Positions 9,226 to 19,733 of a stretch of DNA of 64,000 nucleotides are shown piece after piece (the first letter of the stretch is position 1; each line of letters starts with the position of its first letter). The translations under genes were made by a program, and so were the position numbers. The notes under the pieces were generated by a model that saw nothing but the letters and a program-made list of their open reading frames with translations, was not told the DNA's origin and searched no databases. Location of the stretch: positions 1-64,000 of the forward strand of contig CAZDZV010000007.1 in NCBI GenBank assembly GCA_964510025.1. Direction: 5' to 3'. The DNA is from an uncultured Methanosarcinales archaeon. GTDB lineage: Archaea; Nanobdellota; Nanobdellia; Woesearchaeales; DATDXC01.

Positions 9226-10854
9226 CTACATCTCTTCCATGACTTCGATGCCCAGTATGTTTAGTCCGTCCTTAAGGACCATTCTTACGCATTCTATTAG
9301 CAATAATCTCGCTTTTCTTACATCATCTGATGCCTTAAGCACTGGGCATTTCTGGTAGAAGCCGGAAAAAAGCGTGCTAAGCTCAAAAAGATAATTGGCA
9401 ATGACATTCACCTTAAGGCTGTCTGCAGCCTCAGCCGCTATCTGGGTGAAATTTCCAAGCTTCTTGATGAGCTCAGCTTCTTCATTCGTATCCAGCAGGG
9501 AATAGTCGACCTCATCAGATATCTTCTCCTTCGATTTTCGGATTATAGACGATATCCTTGCATAGGCATACTGTAGATAAGGCCCAGAATCACCTTCAAA
9601 ATTAAGTGCCTGCTGCCAGCTGAATACCACATTCTTTTCTGGATTTACCTTTAGGATAGCGTACTTGATGGCGCCGTAGGCTATCTTCTTGGCCCTTTCC
9701 CTGTCTGCCTTATCATGCCTTTTCCTGATCTCGGCTGACGATTTTGCCACCGCCTCTTTCATAAATTCATCAAGCAGCACAAGATTCCCTTTTCTTGTAG
9801 ACATCTTGCCATCCTGCAGCAAGACAAAAGAATAGTGCACCGCCCTTGGCAGCCTGTGCTTCAGCAGCTTCAATGCTGCGCGTATCTGTTCATGATAAAG
9901 CTTCTGGTCTTCCCCCAGGACGACAATATTCTCCTTTTTCTTCTTATCAAGGTGATAGGCAATATCCCTCAGGGGATAAAGTGAGGTGCCATCTGCCCTT
10001 GTGAGCACCAGGACAGGAGACTTCATCGGAAGGTTGAAATCCTTCTGGTCCAGCACTTTTCTGCCCTCTTCATCTGTGAAAAGCTTCCCTGTCTTGTCCA
10101 GCTTCTCTAGTATCTTCTTGGTTTTATTGTCCCATAGGTAGTTGCTTTCATAGTCAAAGCAGTCATATTCTATGCCGAGCTCGGAAAAGATCTTTTGCTG
10201 TCCCTTGACGCAGACTTCCACGATTTTCCTGAACCTGTTTTTTATTTGCTCATCATTGTTTTCGAGCTTATGAAGCAGATCAAAAACTTCCTTCTCCAGC
10301 TCAGGCCGATCATCCATCTCCTTATTGATCCTGACATATACATCAAGCAGCTCATCGAAGCTTATCCTCTTTTGCCCAGCCCCCAAAACCAGCATAGCAA
10401 TCTGCTTACCTATATCATTGACAAAATAATGCACCTCGACCTTGTTGCCTAGAAACCTGAGCAGCCTTACAATGGAATCACCTATAAGCGCATTCCTGGC
10501 CCTGCCCACATGCGGAGAAGCGTTTGGGTTTATGGATGTATGCTCAACTATTATGTCTCTGCCTTTTGGCTTCTTCCTCCTGAGGATTCCCTTCAGCACC
10601 TGTCTGTTGAGCAGCTTCTTGTTCACAAAAAAATTAAGATAGGGGCCTTTAACCTCTACCTTTCTTACAGCCCCTGTAAGCTTTATCTCCTTTGCCAGCT
10701 CCTGTGCAGTCTCATACGGACTCTTTTTCCGCTCTTTCGCTTCTATGAAGCATGGAAATGCATAGTCTCCGAGCTCCCCTCCTGGCTGCTCCAGCTTCAC
10801 ATCACTAATCCCGGCCTTCTCTAGGATGCCTGTTATCTCTTCTTTGAAATCCAT
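9226..10854 (-). CDS. argS: Arginine--tRNA ligase
   Basis: HVGR (HIGH-like), KMSTRKG, GPYLQYAYARI, DALR-type C-terminus ending EEM. Confidence 0.95.
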   Translation of the reverse strand: MDFKEEITGILEKAGISDVKLEQPGGELGDYAFPCFIEAKERKKSPYETAQELAKEIKLTGAVRKVEVKGPYLNFFVNKKLLNRQVLKGILRRKKPKGRDIIVEHTSINPNASPHVGRARNALIGDSIVRLLRFLGNKVEVHYFVNDIGKQIAMLVLGAGQKRISFDELLDVYVRINKEMDDRPELEKEVFDLLHKLENNDEQIKNRFRKIVEVCVKGQQKIFSELGIEYDCFDYESNYLWDNKTKKILEKLDKTGKLFTDEEGRKVLDQKDFNLPMKSPVLVLTRADGTSLYPLRDIAYHLDKKKKENIVVLGEDQKLYHEQIRAALKLLKHRLPRAVHYSFVLLQDGKMSTRKGNLVLLDEFMKEAVAKSSAEIRKRHDKADRERAKKIAYGAIKYAILKVNPEKNVVFSWQQALNFEGDSGPYLQYAYARISSIIRKSKEKISDEVDYSLLDTNEEAELIKKLGNFTQIAAEAADSLKVNVIANYLFELSTLFSGFYQKCPVLKASDDVRKARLLLIECVRMVLKDGLNILGIEVMEEM

Positions 10855-10870
10855 GTCAAGAACTAGCTAG

Positions 10871-11206
10871 TTATTGGTTATAAACTTTTCGATACGCATC
10901 GACATCCTCGGGCTTTCGGAAAAGAACCTTGGAAAACTCTCCTGGGTTGGCATCGCATTCATCTGTAAGATGCTCCCTGCACACATTAGGCCTCTTATCA
11001 TATATGTCACATTTTGTTCCCTTGAGGTGCTTGCATTTGCTTTTTATCTCAATCTGCCACTCATCATCCAGATCCTTATACACTATCACTCCCTCATGCA
11101 TGAGGTACCATTTTATCTCATCCCAGTCTGCCTCCTCTTTGGGCTCTGCCAGTTCAACTGTTACATACCTGCAGCACTCAGCATTGCAGTCTTCGCACCT
11201 GACCAT
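10871..11206 (-). CDS. YkgJ-family cysteine-cluster protein
   Basis: CxxCxxxCC near the N-terminus and CxxL-CxIYxxRPxxCR. Confidence 0.8.
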   Translation of the reverse strand: MVRCEDCNAECCRYVTVELAEPKEEADWDEIKWYLMHEGVIVYKDLDDEWQIEIKSKCKHLKGTKCDIYDKRPNVCREHLTDECDANPGEFSKVLFRKPEDVDAYRKVYNQ

Positions 11207-11280
11207 CTGAAGCCGTATCTGGCAGTTTATTTAAAAATTTAATGGAAAAGCTAATAAACACAATTATCTTACTCCCACAT

Positions 11281-12525
11281 ATGTTCAGATACATAAAACA
11301 GCTCTTCAGGAAAAAAGAGCCTGAAAATATCGTTCTTAATCTAGATGAGCTGAGGCAGTTCTTCAATGAAAATGCTAAAAAGGTCAATGCTGAGCTTGAA
11401 AAAGAGCTTTCAGGGATAAAGCAGAAGATAGTCGCAGAGATGTACGACGCCAGGCAAAACCTTAAAAAATTGGCAGATGCAGAATTGAGGAACCCGAACA
11501 TATCGGTGCGGGAAAGGCAGTTCATGCAGGGCAACAGGGATGCTTACATAAAGATGACCGAGAACCTGCTGAAAAATATTGATATAGACAACATCAGCAA
11601 AGAAAAGTTCCAGGAGCAGCTGGAGCCATTTGCAAAATCAACCATGAAAGCCTACAGGATTCTGCAGAACTTTTTTGCGAACGAGACCAAAGATATAGCC
11701 ATTAATATAAAGAATCTGGAGCAGGCCGTAGACAGCCTGGAAAAAGCGGTAAAGCAGAAAGGGATACAGAAACTGAGAGAGCTTAGGGAGCTCATTTCGC
11801 AGGTTAAGAGAAAAAAAGAGCATATGCATAACCTTGCTTTGGAGCTGAAGGAGAAAAGGCAGGAAAAGGACCAGAGAGAGAAAGACAGGTCAAACCTGCG
11901 TGACATAATAGTGAACCTTAAGCAGAGCAATGAATATCAGGAATACCTTTCTTTATTATCACTGAAGAAAAAAGCTGAAAATGAGTACAATAGGCAGGAA
12001 AGCAGGATTATTCACATGTTCACCACAATCGATGCAGCTTTGAAGAAGTATTCTAGGATAACGCTGAAAGATGTTGTGCTTCTCGACGAGTATATCATAG
12101 ACCCGCTTAAGGCATTTCTAAAAGATGAGGATCTGAAGATTGCAGGACTTCTGGAAGGAACACGGAAGAACGTAATGAACGGCACGATAGCGCTGAAGGA
12201 CAGGAAAAGAGAGAAGACTCTGGAGCAGCTCAGAAAGATGGACCATGGATACCTGAAGTCTGAAAAACAGACTTATGTTGAGCTTTGCAAAACAATAAAA
12301 ATGCTTGGGGAAAGGATATCCAGGAACAATTCCAGGCAGAAGCTCGATGAGCTGAAGGAAAAAGAAGCCTATAATCAGGAAAAGCTTGAAAGTCTTATAA
12401 CAGGCATAGGCTATCTGCAGACAGAGATTGAAAAGATAGACTTCAGGAAGCCAGAGATAGAGCAACATATAGAGGATATATTTGACATCAAAGTTCAGTT
12501 GAAATTGCCCTTCAGAGCTTCATAG
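11281..12525 (+). CDS. Hypothetical coiled-coil protein
   Basis: Long K/E/L-rich ORF with host-like composition; start could alternatively be 11242. Confidence 0.7.
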   Translation: MFRYIKQLFRKKEPENIVLNLDELRQFFNENAKKVNAELEKELSGIKQKIVAEMYDARQNLKKLADAELRNPNISVRERQFMQGNRDAYIKMTENLLKNIDIDNISKEKFQEQLEPFAKSTMKAYRILQNFFANETKDIAINIKNLEQAVDSLEKAVKQKGIQKLRELRELISQVKRKKEHMHNLALELKEKRQEKDQREKDRSNLRDIIVNLKQSNEYQEYLSLLSLKKKAENEYNRQESRIIHMFTTIDAALKKYSRITLKDVVLLDEYIIDPLKAFLKDEDLKIAGLLEGTRKNVMNGTIALKDRKREKTLEQLRKMDHGYLKSEKQTYVELCKTIKMLGERISRNNSRQKLDELKEKEAYNQEKLESLITGIGYLQTEIEKIDFRKPEIEQHIEDIFDIKVQLKLPFRAS

Positions 12526-13718
12526 CTTGGAAGTGTTCCATTTGCCACAAGGTCAGATGAAGCGCCTCCGCCTGTGGAGCTTGGCACCTTTAGCCCGTAC
12601 CGGGAAAGCACCTCAAGCGTATCTCCTCCGCCAGCTATCTTCCTTGCACCTGATTCCGCAACCGCTAAGCCTACTCCTTGTGTGCCTGCCTGAAAATCCT
12701 CTACCTCAAATACGCCCATAGGTCCGTTCCAATAGATCGTTTTTGCAGAGAGTATCCTTTGCCTGTAATCAGCTACAGTGGTGGGGCCGATGTCAAGCCC
12801 TACCTCCCCTGGCTGCAGACCGTCACATGGCGCTGTCCTGGGTGTTTCATAATCGCCCGGCTTAAGCTGATTTGGTTTTACGCCTCCAGTTATTCTTGTG
12901 ACTATTATATCGCTTGGCAGTATCAGCCTGCCGCTACCTCTCTCAGTCCCATATTTTTCCAACAGATTTCTGCACTTCTCAACCATCCCGGGATTAAGCA
13001 GGGAATTGCCTATCTCATAGCCTAATGCCTTGTAGAAAGTGAAGACCATGCCGCCTCCTAGCAGCACAGCACTGTATTTCTGCAGAAACCTCTCTACATG
13101 CTCTATCTTATCTTCCACCTTTGCCCCTGCAAGTATAGCCAATGATCCTTGCCCAGGCCTGATAAAAGGCTTAAGCTGCTGAAGCTCCTTCTGCATAAGA
13201 AACCCTGCGTATGGCTGCCTGTATCTCATGATATCATAAGAAGAAGCATGCTCTCTGTGCGCCGCCCCAAACGCATCAAATACGACGATCCCGTCCTCAT
13301 CAACAAGATCGCATAGTTCCCTGGCAAAATCCTGGCGCTCTGCAGCCTGCTTGGATTTCTCCCTTGGATCGAACCTGACGTTCTCAAGCATTACAAACCC
13401 GGCTTCAGGTATGCCCTTCGTGTAGTCCGCCACAAACTCTACTGGCAGGCCCCATAGCTCCGAAGCCCTGGCTGCGACCGGCGCCAGGCTCATCTCCGGC
13501 ACTATCTTCCCTTTTGGCTTGCCAAGATGCGAAAGGACCACAACGCGCTTAGGGTTCTGTCTCTTGAAATAGTCTATTGTGCTCTGGACAGCCCTTATCC
13601 TGGAGTCATCGCCTATCACAACCATGCCGTCAATCTTCTTTAGAGGAACATTGAAATCAACCTTGAGAAGAACATCCCTTCCTCCAGTATCTGCTTTCTG
13701 TAATAGCTTGACTGCCAT
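12495..13718 (-). CDS. pgk: Phosphoglycerate kinase
   Basis: VDFNVP, SHLGKP, LENVRF, FGAAHR, WNGPMGVFE, GGGDT, STGGGA; ATG 13718 follows a GGTGG RBS. Confidence 0.93.
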   Translation of the reverse strand: MAVKLLQKADTGGRDVLLKVDFNVPLKKIDGMVVIGDDSRIRAVQSTIDYFKRQNPKRVVVLSHLGKPKGKIVPEMSLAPVAARASELWGLPVEFVADYTKGIPEAGFVMLENVRFDPREKSKQAAERQDFARELCDLVDEDGIVVFDAFGAAHREHASSYDIMRYRQPYAGFLMQKELQQLKPFIRPGQGSLAILAGAKVEDKIEHVERFLQKYSAVLLGGGMVFTFYKALGYEIGNSLLNPGMVEKCRNLLEKYGTERGSGRLILPSDIIVTRITGGVKPNQLKPGDYETPRTAPCDGLQPGEVGLDIGPTTVADYRQRILSAKTIYWNGPMGVFEVEDFQAGTQGVGLAVAESGARKIAGGGDTLEVLSRYGLKVPSSTGGGASSDLVANGTLPSYEALKGNFN

Positions 13719-13754
13719 TATTACCACCCAGAAAAATATTTAGCTATGGACTAT

Positions 13755-14867
13755 TTAAATTTTGTGAAATTTTTCCATAATCTTTCCGAAAGCATTTTTC
13801 CGGATCTCTACAGCATCGTGGGGGCATATCTCATGGCAGCAGTAGCACCTTATGCAGTCTTTCCTGACTATCGATGCTGCACCTGATTTCATCTTTATTG
13901 CCTTAGCCGGGCATATCCTCATGCATTCCCCACAGGCTTTGCATTTCCTGCTATTGATCCTGGGCTTGGCAGTCATAATCTCCCTCATGACTTTGGCCAG
14001 GTAGTTGGAAGAGACAAAAGTGACAGGCTGTTTTTCTGCCGGCTTGAATCTTAGCTTGAGGGCTTTATCTCCAACCTCATCGATATCCTCCAAAAACCTT
14101 TCACCCCTGGTCTGCAGGCCCTTTTTGTTCGTCAGGATACCCTTGACGCCCATTATCCGGCACAGCACAATATCCATGGCCAGGCTGTCATGAGATGCAG
14201 CGATGAGCCCTGAACTTATGGGTGTGCCATTGCCTGGTCCGTTGCCCTCCATGCCTACTACGCCATCCATCAGGTTGAGGTCCGGCTTGACAAAGTTGTT
14301 GATATCGACAAGCATAGACGCAAATTTTTCCCGGTCAGCAAGCTTAAGGTGCATCTGGCTTTTGTTGAGCCCTACCATGAACCCAAATGTGTTCTTGACA
14401 GCCAATGTCACCCCCATCATCACATGCGTTTTCATCTTTGGAGCGTTCACTATGTAATCAACACCATCGATAATATCGGCCAATTCCATTCTCTTCATGA
14501 GCAGCGCATCTTCATGGAGATAGGTTTTCTTTGATCGGAAGCCGACAAACTCAGCCCCTTCTTCTCTGCAGACATCCAGTATCCCGCATACCTTTGCAGT
14601 AGTATACGGATCATGAAATCCAGGGGAATCCCCCACAATTATCTCACATCCCTTACCCTTAAAAGTCCGGATGATTGCCCTTACAAACTCAGGATGTGTG
14701 GTAACGTGGAACCTGGGATGCCTTGGCCTAAGAAGGTTCGGCTTTATCAGCACCTTGGCCCCCTTACTGGCCTTAGGTCCGCCGATAAGCTTAATGCTTC
14801 TCTCAACAGCTTCAGATAACCTATCAGCGTCATAGCTTTCGCACCTGACCAGAGATACCTTTACCAT
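13755..14867 (-). CDS. DUF362 protein with C-terminal 2x[4Fe-4S] ferredoxin domain
   Basis: LIKPNL, TTHP, PKMKTH, MEGNGP; two CxxCxxCxxxCP motifs. Confidence 0.85.
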   Translation of the reverse strand: MVKVSLVRCESYDADRLSEAVERSIKLIGGPKASKGAKVLIKPNLLRPRHPRFHVTTHPEFVRAIIRTFKGKGCEIIVGDSPGFHDPYTTAKVCGILDVCREEGAEFVGFRSKKTYLHEDALLMKRMELADIIDGVDYIVNAPKMKTHVMMGVTLAVKNTFGFMVGLNKSQMHLKLADREKFASMLVDINNFVKPDLNLMDGVVGMEGNGPGNGTPISSGLIAASHDSLAMDIVLCRIMGVKGILTNKKGLQTRGERFLEDIDEVGDKALKLRFKPAEKQPVTFVSSNYLAKVMREIMTAKPRINSRKCKACGECMRICPAKAIKMKSGAASIVRKDCIRCYCCHEICPHDAVEIRKNAFGKIMEKFHKI

Positions 14868-14936
14868 AACAAAATCTAATCAGCAGGCATATAATAATCT
14901 TTTGTTAGAAAAAATTATCCGTTCAGCTGCATTTGC

Positions 14937-16928
14937 CTATATAAACAGCGGAACAAACACCAAAGCAACAATGCTCATCAGCTTAATAAGGATGTTCAGT
15001 GAAGGGCCGGAGGTATCCTTAAATGGATCTCCTACTGTATCCCCCACAACCGCTGCCTTGTGTGCATCGGAGCCTTTTCCGCCGAAGTTCCCTTTCTCGA
15101 TATATTTCTTTGCATTATCCCAGCATCCTCCTGTGTTAGCCATCATTATTGCGAGCAGCACGCCGGTTACAAGAGAACCTGCCAACAGCCCTCCTAGGGC
15201 CTCAGCTCCCAGGAAATAGCCCACAGCAACAGGCACAATCACTGCCATCAAGCTCGGAACAATCATCTGCTTTAATGCTCCCTGTGTGGCTATGTCAACA
15301 CATCTTCTATGGTCAGGCTTTGCTTTCCCTTTCATCAGGCCTTTGATCTCCCTGAACTGCCTTCTCACTTCCTCTATCATGTAGTGGGCAGCCCTGCCAA
15401 CGGCCTTCAGTGTCATCGACGAGAAAAGGAATGTCAGCGCACCGCCGATAAAAAGCCCGATTATAACCATGGGATTCATGATGTCGATTGTCGTTATATT
15501 CGCAGATGTGGCATATGCTGAAAATAATGCCAGCGCAGTAAGTGCAGCAGAGCCTATAGCAAAGCCCTTGCCCATGGCAGCTGTTGTATTGCCCACAGAA
15601 TCAAGCGTGTCTGTTCTTTTTCTGACTGCCTTGGGCAGGCCGGACATCTCCGCGATGCCCCCTGCGTTGTCAGCGACAGGCCCGTAAGCGTCTACAGCAA
15701 GGCTTATCCCCAATGTGGAAAGCATCCCTATTGCAGATATAGCTATGCCGTAAAGTCCTGCAAAATAATATGCAACAAATATTGCGATGCAAATGGTGAT
15801 GATCGGAAGTGCTGTGCTTAGCATGCCGGTAGAAAGTCCTTCGATAATGTTGGTAGCTGCGCCGGTCAATGAACTTTCAGAAACTTTCTTTGTAGGCACG
15901 CAGTCAAATGAAGTGTAATACTCAGTCAGTATGCCTATTACCACGCCAGCTGCAAGTCCGGCCAGAGTCGCATAGAATATTCCCATGGACGAAAAGATGG
16001 CATTCCCTATGATAAAGTTTTCAGGCAGGCTGTATCTCACCAGAAGATAGACAAGGGGGATCAGCAGTACACTGGCGGTAATCAGGCCCCTGTTCAGGGC
16101 TGAATGCACCTTTTTCTCATCTTTGGTCCTCACAAAGAAGATGCTGATCAATGAGCAGATTATACCGATAGCTGCTATAAATAAGGGCAAAAGGGCAAAA
16201 CTTGCTGAGTTTTTTGTAATTGTCATGGCCAGCACCATAGTAGCCAGGATGCTGCCGACATAGCTTTCAAAAAGATCAGCCCCCATACCAGCCACGTCTC
16301 CCACATTATCTCCCACATTGTCAGCTATCACTGCCGGATTCCTCGGATCATCCTCAGGTATTCCTGCCTCGACCTTCCCAACAAGATCAGCCCCCACATC
16401 TGCAGCCTTTGTATAGATACCTCCTCCGACCCTTGCAAACAAAGCAACAGATGAAGCTCCGAATCCGAATCCTATTATCAAATTGGGGTCCCTGAAGATG
16501 GTGTACAGCACCGTAACGCCCAGAAGGCCGAAGCCAACAACCGAAAGGCCCATCACAGAGCCGCTGGAAAAAGCGATATGCAGTGCCTCAGCCAGCCCTT
16601 TCCTCGCTGCCTGGGTTGTCCTTACATTTGCTTTGGTGGCAACAAACATGCCTATATATCCTGCAAGTGTCGAAAAGATTGCTCCGAAGACAAATGACAC
16701 TGCAGTTATCCATGACAGGAACTGCCAGATAATGAAGAAAACTGCTACCACAAATACAGCTAGGATCTTATACTCCCTGAGAAGAAAGGTCATGGCTCCC
16801 TGGTGTATTGCTTCCGCAATCTCCCTCATCTTGGGCGTTCCAGTGCCAGCCTTTGTTATCTTCAGCATGAACATGAATGCTGAGATTATCGCTACAACAC
16901 TGATTAATATTATGAAAAGCGTATCCAT
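14937..16928 (-). CDS. hppA: Membrane-bound pyrophosphatase, K+-dependent, probably Na+-pumping
   Basis: [26 protein letters not shown] (Ala indicates K+-dependence), [16 protein letters not shown]. Confidence 0.93.
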   Translation of the reverse strand: MDTLFIILISVVAIISAFMFMLKITKAGTGTPKMREIAEAIHQGAMTFLLREYKILAVFVVAVFFIIWQFLSWITAVSFVFGAIFSTLAGYIGMFVATKANVRTTQAARKGLAEALHIAFSSGSVMGLSVVGFGLLGVTVLYTIFRDPNLIIGFGFGASSVALFARVGGGIYTKAADVGADLVGKVEAGIPEDDPRNPAVIADNVGDNVGDVAGMGADLFESYVGSILATMVLAMTITKNSASFALLPLFIAAIGIICSLISIFFVRTKDEKKVHSALNRGLITASVLLIPLVYLLVRYSLPENFIIGNAIFSSMGIFYATLAGLAAGVVIGILTEYYTSFDCVPTKKVSESSLTGAATNIIEGLSTGMLSTALPIITICIAIFVAYYFAGLYGIAISAIGMLSTLGISLAVDAYGPVADNAGGIAEMSGLPKAVRKRTDTLDSVGNTTAAMGKGFAIGSAALTALALFSAYATSANITTIDIMNPMVIIGLFIGGALTFLFSSMTLKAVGRAAHYMIEEVRRQFREIKGLMKGKAKPDHRRCVDIATQGALKQMIVPSLMAVIVPVAVGYFLGAEALGGLLAGSLVTGVLLAIMMANTGGCWDNAKKYIEKGNFGGKGSDAHKAAVVGDTVGDPFKDTSGPSLNILIKLMSIVALVFVPLFI

Positions 16929-16976
16929 TGTATCACCTGCTAAGCCTGCCCAAATGGCTGATATATAAGCTTTTGT

Positions 16977-17975
16977 CTACTTCATAATATATTTGGCCAG
17001 GTCAATCATCCTGTTGCTGTAGCCCCATTCATTGTCATACCAGCCCGTCACGACAAGCATCTCATTATCAACGACAGCAGTTAGTTTTGAATCAAATATG
17101 CAGGAGCTTGGGTTGCCGACAATATCTGTAGAAACTAAAGACTCCTCTGAATACTCGACTATCCCTTTCATGTGGTGTCTAGACACATTCCTGAAGAGCT
17201 CGTTTACCTCTTCAACAGGAACATCTTTCTTGTTTATCTCAGCCACAAAATTTACAAGGGATCCGTCCGGCACAGGTACCCTGATTGCAGAGGCTACAAG
17301 CCTGCCCTTAAGCTCCGGGATAACCTGCATGACAGCCTTTGCTGCTCCTGTGGATGTGGGCACTATGTTAAGTGCAGCTGCCTTCGCCCTCCTTAGGTCA
17401 GCGTGGGGCGCATCCTGCAGCTTCTGGTCTGCTGTGTATGCATGTACTGTGGTCATGACTCCTCCCTCTATAGAATAGTTATCATTGATGACCTTGGCCA
17501 TGGGGGCAAAACAGTTTGTCGTGCATGAGGCATTGGACACCAGCGCTTCCCCGTTATACTCATGCTCATTCACCCCCAGCACAATCGTCTTGACAGCCCC
17601 TCCTCCCTTCACAGGCGCTGACAAGACCACCTTCTTAGCTCCTGCATCTATGTGTTTCTGCATTCCCTCCTGTGTTCGGAAGAACCCAGTGGACTCCACT
17701 GCTATATCAATGTCAAGCTTTTTCCAAGGCAGCTTTGCCGGATTCTTCTCTGCAAAGACAGGTATCTCTTTTCCGTTGATGCTGATTGCCTTATCCTTGG
17801 CTGTCAGCTCCCCTCTGAAGGGCCCATGGACAGAATCATATCTCAGCAGATGGGCTAAAGTGCCGGGATCAGTAAGGTCATTTATGGCAACGAATTCTAT
17901 CTTGGGATCATCGATGCCCGCCCTTAGAACAAGCCTCCCTATTCTCCCGAAACCATTTATTGCGACCTTAACCAT
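16977..17975 (-). CDS. gap: Type I (bacterial-type) glyceraldehyde-3-phosphate dehydrogenase
   Basis: INGFGRIGR, SNASCTTNC, WYDNEWGYS. Confidence 0.96.
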   Translation of the reverse strand: MVKVAINGFGRIGRLVLRAGIDDPKIEFVAINDLTDPGTLAHLLRYDSVHGPFRGELTAKDKAISINGKEIPVFAEKNPAKLPWKKLDIDIAVESTGFFRTQEGMQKHIDAGAKKVVLSAPVKGGGAVKTIVLGVNEHEYNGEALVSNASCTTNCFAPMAKVINDNYSIEGGVMTTVHAYTADQKLQDAPHADLRRAKAAALNIVPTSTGAAKAVMQVIPELKGRLVASAIRVPVPDGSLVNFVAEINKKDVPVEEVNELFRNVSRHHMKGIVEYSEESLVSTDIVGNPSSCIFDSKLTAVVDNEMLVVTGWYDNEWGYSNRMIDLAKYIMK

Positions 17976-18029
17976 AATTCCACCTCTTTTTTTGATTGTA
18001 CAGCAAATCTAAGTTTATATATGTTTCTA

Positions 18030-19733
18030 TTAGATATATTTTTTCTTGTAGTATTTTGTATGCAGAAGCTTATGCGCCTTCTCCGAGCCAGGCTTTCCGA
18101 GGTATCCCTTATAGAGGCTCAAAGCAGCAGGATTCTCATGTGATTTTCTTATCCTCTTTCCTTCATCCTCTGCTATCAGGGCCTTTGTCCTTTTCTTGAG
18201 CCTTACCTTGTTTGTAGGCAGCGGCTGCCCGCCGCCGCCGATGCAGCCCCCATAGCATGCCATTATCTCTATAAAATGGTAAGGGCTTCTGCCTTCCCTG
18301 ATCTGCTCCAGCAGCTTTCTTGCCTCTCCTAAGGTGTGCACCACCGCAACCCTGATACTCTCTTTGCCTATCTTAATCTCTGATTCCTTGAAAGTGTCCA
18401 TGTTCCGTATCTTCTTGTAGTCTATCTTCTTGATTTTCTTGCCTGCCAGCCAGTCAGCTGCCGTCCTCAGAGCAGCCTCCATGACGCCCCCGGTATGCCC
18501 GAATATGGCGGCAGCTCCTGTGCTCTCTCCCAAGGGATTGTCAAAATCAGAGTCCTTAAGGTTGACAAAGTCCACATTAAGCTGTTTCAGAAGCTTTCCG
18601 AGCTCCACGGTTGTCAGAACAAAATCAGCCTCGCCCTTGAACTCAGGCCTCAGGATCTCATACTTCTTTGCTGTGCAGGGCATTATGTCTACCAGTACAA
18701 TATCCTTGGGTTTTTTGCCTATCTTTTCAGCATAGTATGTCTTAACCAAAGATGCAAGTATTGCCTGGGGGCTTTTGCAGCTCGACATGTGGTTTAACTC
18801 CTTGAAAAAGAACTGTTCCCCGAACTTTATCCATGCAGGGCAGCATGTGGTTATCATCGGCAGATCCCTTTTCTCCTTCAGCCTTTTTATGAACTCAGTA
18901 GCTTCCTCCATTATGCAGATATCCGCGCCAAGATCAGTATCAAATACCTTGTCAAATCCTATCAGCCTGAGCGCACTTACCATCTTTCCTGTAACTGGTG
19001 TTCCGGCAGGCATGCCAAAACACTCCCCTAGTGTGGCCCTTATGGACGGTGCTGTCTGGGCAATCAGTATCTTGTCAGAATTAAGGGCATCTATCACCCC
19101 CTGGATATCGCTTTTCTCTGTAAGCGCTCCTGTCGGGCAGGCGATGACGCATTGGCCGCAGTTGATGCAGGCGCTTTCATTGATTGACAGGTTAAAGGGC
19201 GGAGCCACCTTTGCGCTGAAGCCTCTGTTTTGAAGGCCTATGGCATACACTGTCTGGATATCGTTGCAGATGCGTATGCACTGTTCGCAGAGTATACACT
19301 TATTATTGTCCCGTCGGATGGAGACGCTTGAATTGTCCACCTTCTCCTCCCGTTTTTCACCTTCGAACCTTATCTCCTGCACCATAAGCTCCTCGGCGTA
19401 CCGCTGTAATTTGCATCTCAGGTTCTCGGGGCAGGTAACGCAGTTAAGGTCATGATTTGCCAGAAGCAGCTCAAGGTTTATTCTCCTTGCTTCCATGACC
19501 TTGGGTGAATGCGTATTGACCTCTGCCCCTTCCTTTATGGGCGTGCAGCAGGAAGCCACAAGCTTCCCTCCTATCTCCACTATGCAGAGCCTGCATGCTC
19601 CAATCCTCTCCAACCTCTCATTGTAGCAGAAATGAGGTATGTCAATCCCTGCTTTTTTTGCTACATCCAGTATCATCTCTCCTGGCTTTCCTTCCACATC
19701 AATGCCGTTTATCTTGAACTTGACCTTTTTCAT
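18030..19733 (-). CDS. hydA: [FeFe]-hydrogenase catalytic subunit 1 (group A3-type)
   Basis: H-cluster motifs TTCCPAW, MPCTAKKYE, EIMACYGGCIGGGGQP; N-terminal 2Fe-2S, His-ligated 4Fe-4S and 2x4Fe-4S motifs. Confidence 0.93.
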   Translation of the reverse strand: MKKVKFKINGIDVEGKPGEMILDVAKKAGIDIPHFCYNERLERIGACRLCIVEIGGKLVASCCTPIKEGAEVNTHSPKVMEARRINLELLLANHDLNCVTCPENLRCKLQRYAEELMVQEIRFEGEKREEKVDNSSVSIRRDNNKCILCEQCIRICNDIQTVYAIGLQNRGFSAKVAPPFNLSINESACINCGQCVIACPTGALTEKSDIQGVIDALNSDKILIAQTAPSIRATLGECFGMPAGTPVTGKMVSALRLIGFDKVFDTDLGADICIMEEATEFIKRLKEKRDLPMITTCCPAWIKFGEQFFFKELNHMSSCKSPQAILASLVKTYYAEKIGKKPKDIVLVDIMPCTAKKYEILRPEFKGEADFVLTTVELGKLLKQLNVDFVNLKDSDFDNPLGESTGAAAIFGHTGGVMEAALRTAADWLAGKKIKKIDYKKIRNMDTFKESEIKIGKESIRVAVVHTLGEARKLLEQIREGRSPYHFIEIMACYGGCIGGGGQPLPTNKVRLKKRTKALIAEDEGKRIRKSHENPAALSLYKGYLGKPGSEKAHKLLHTKYYKKKYI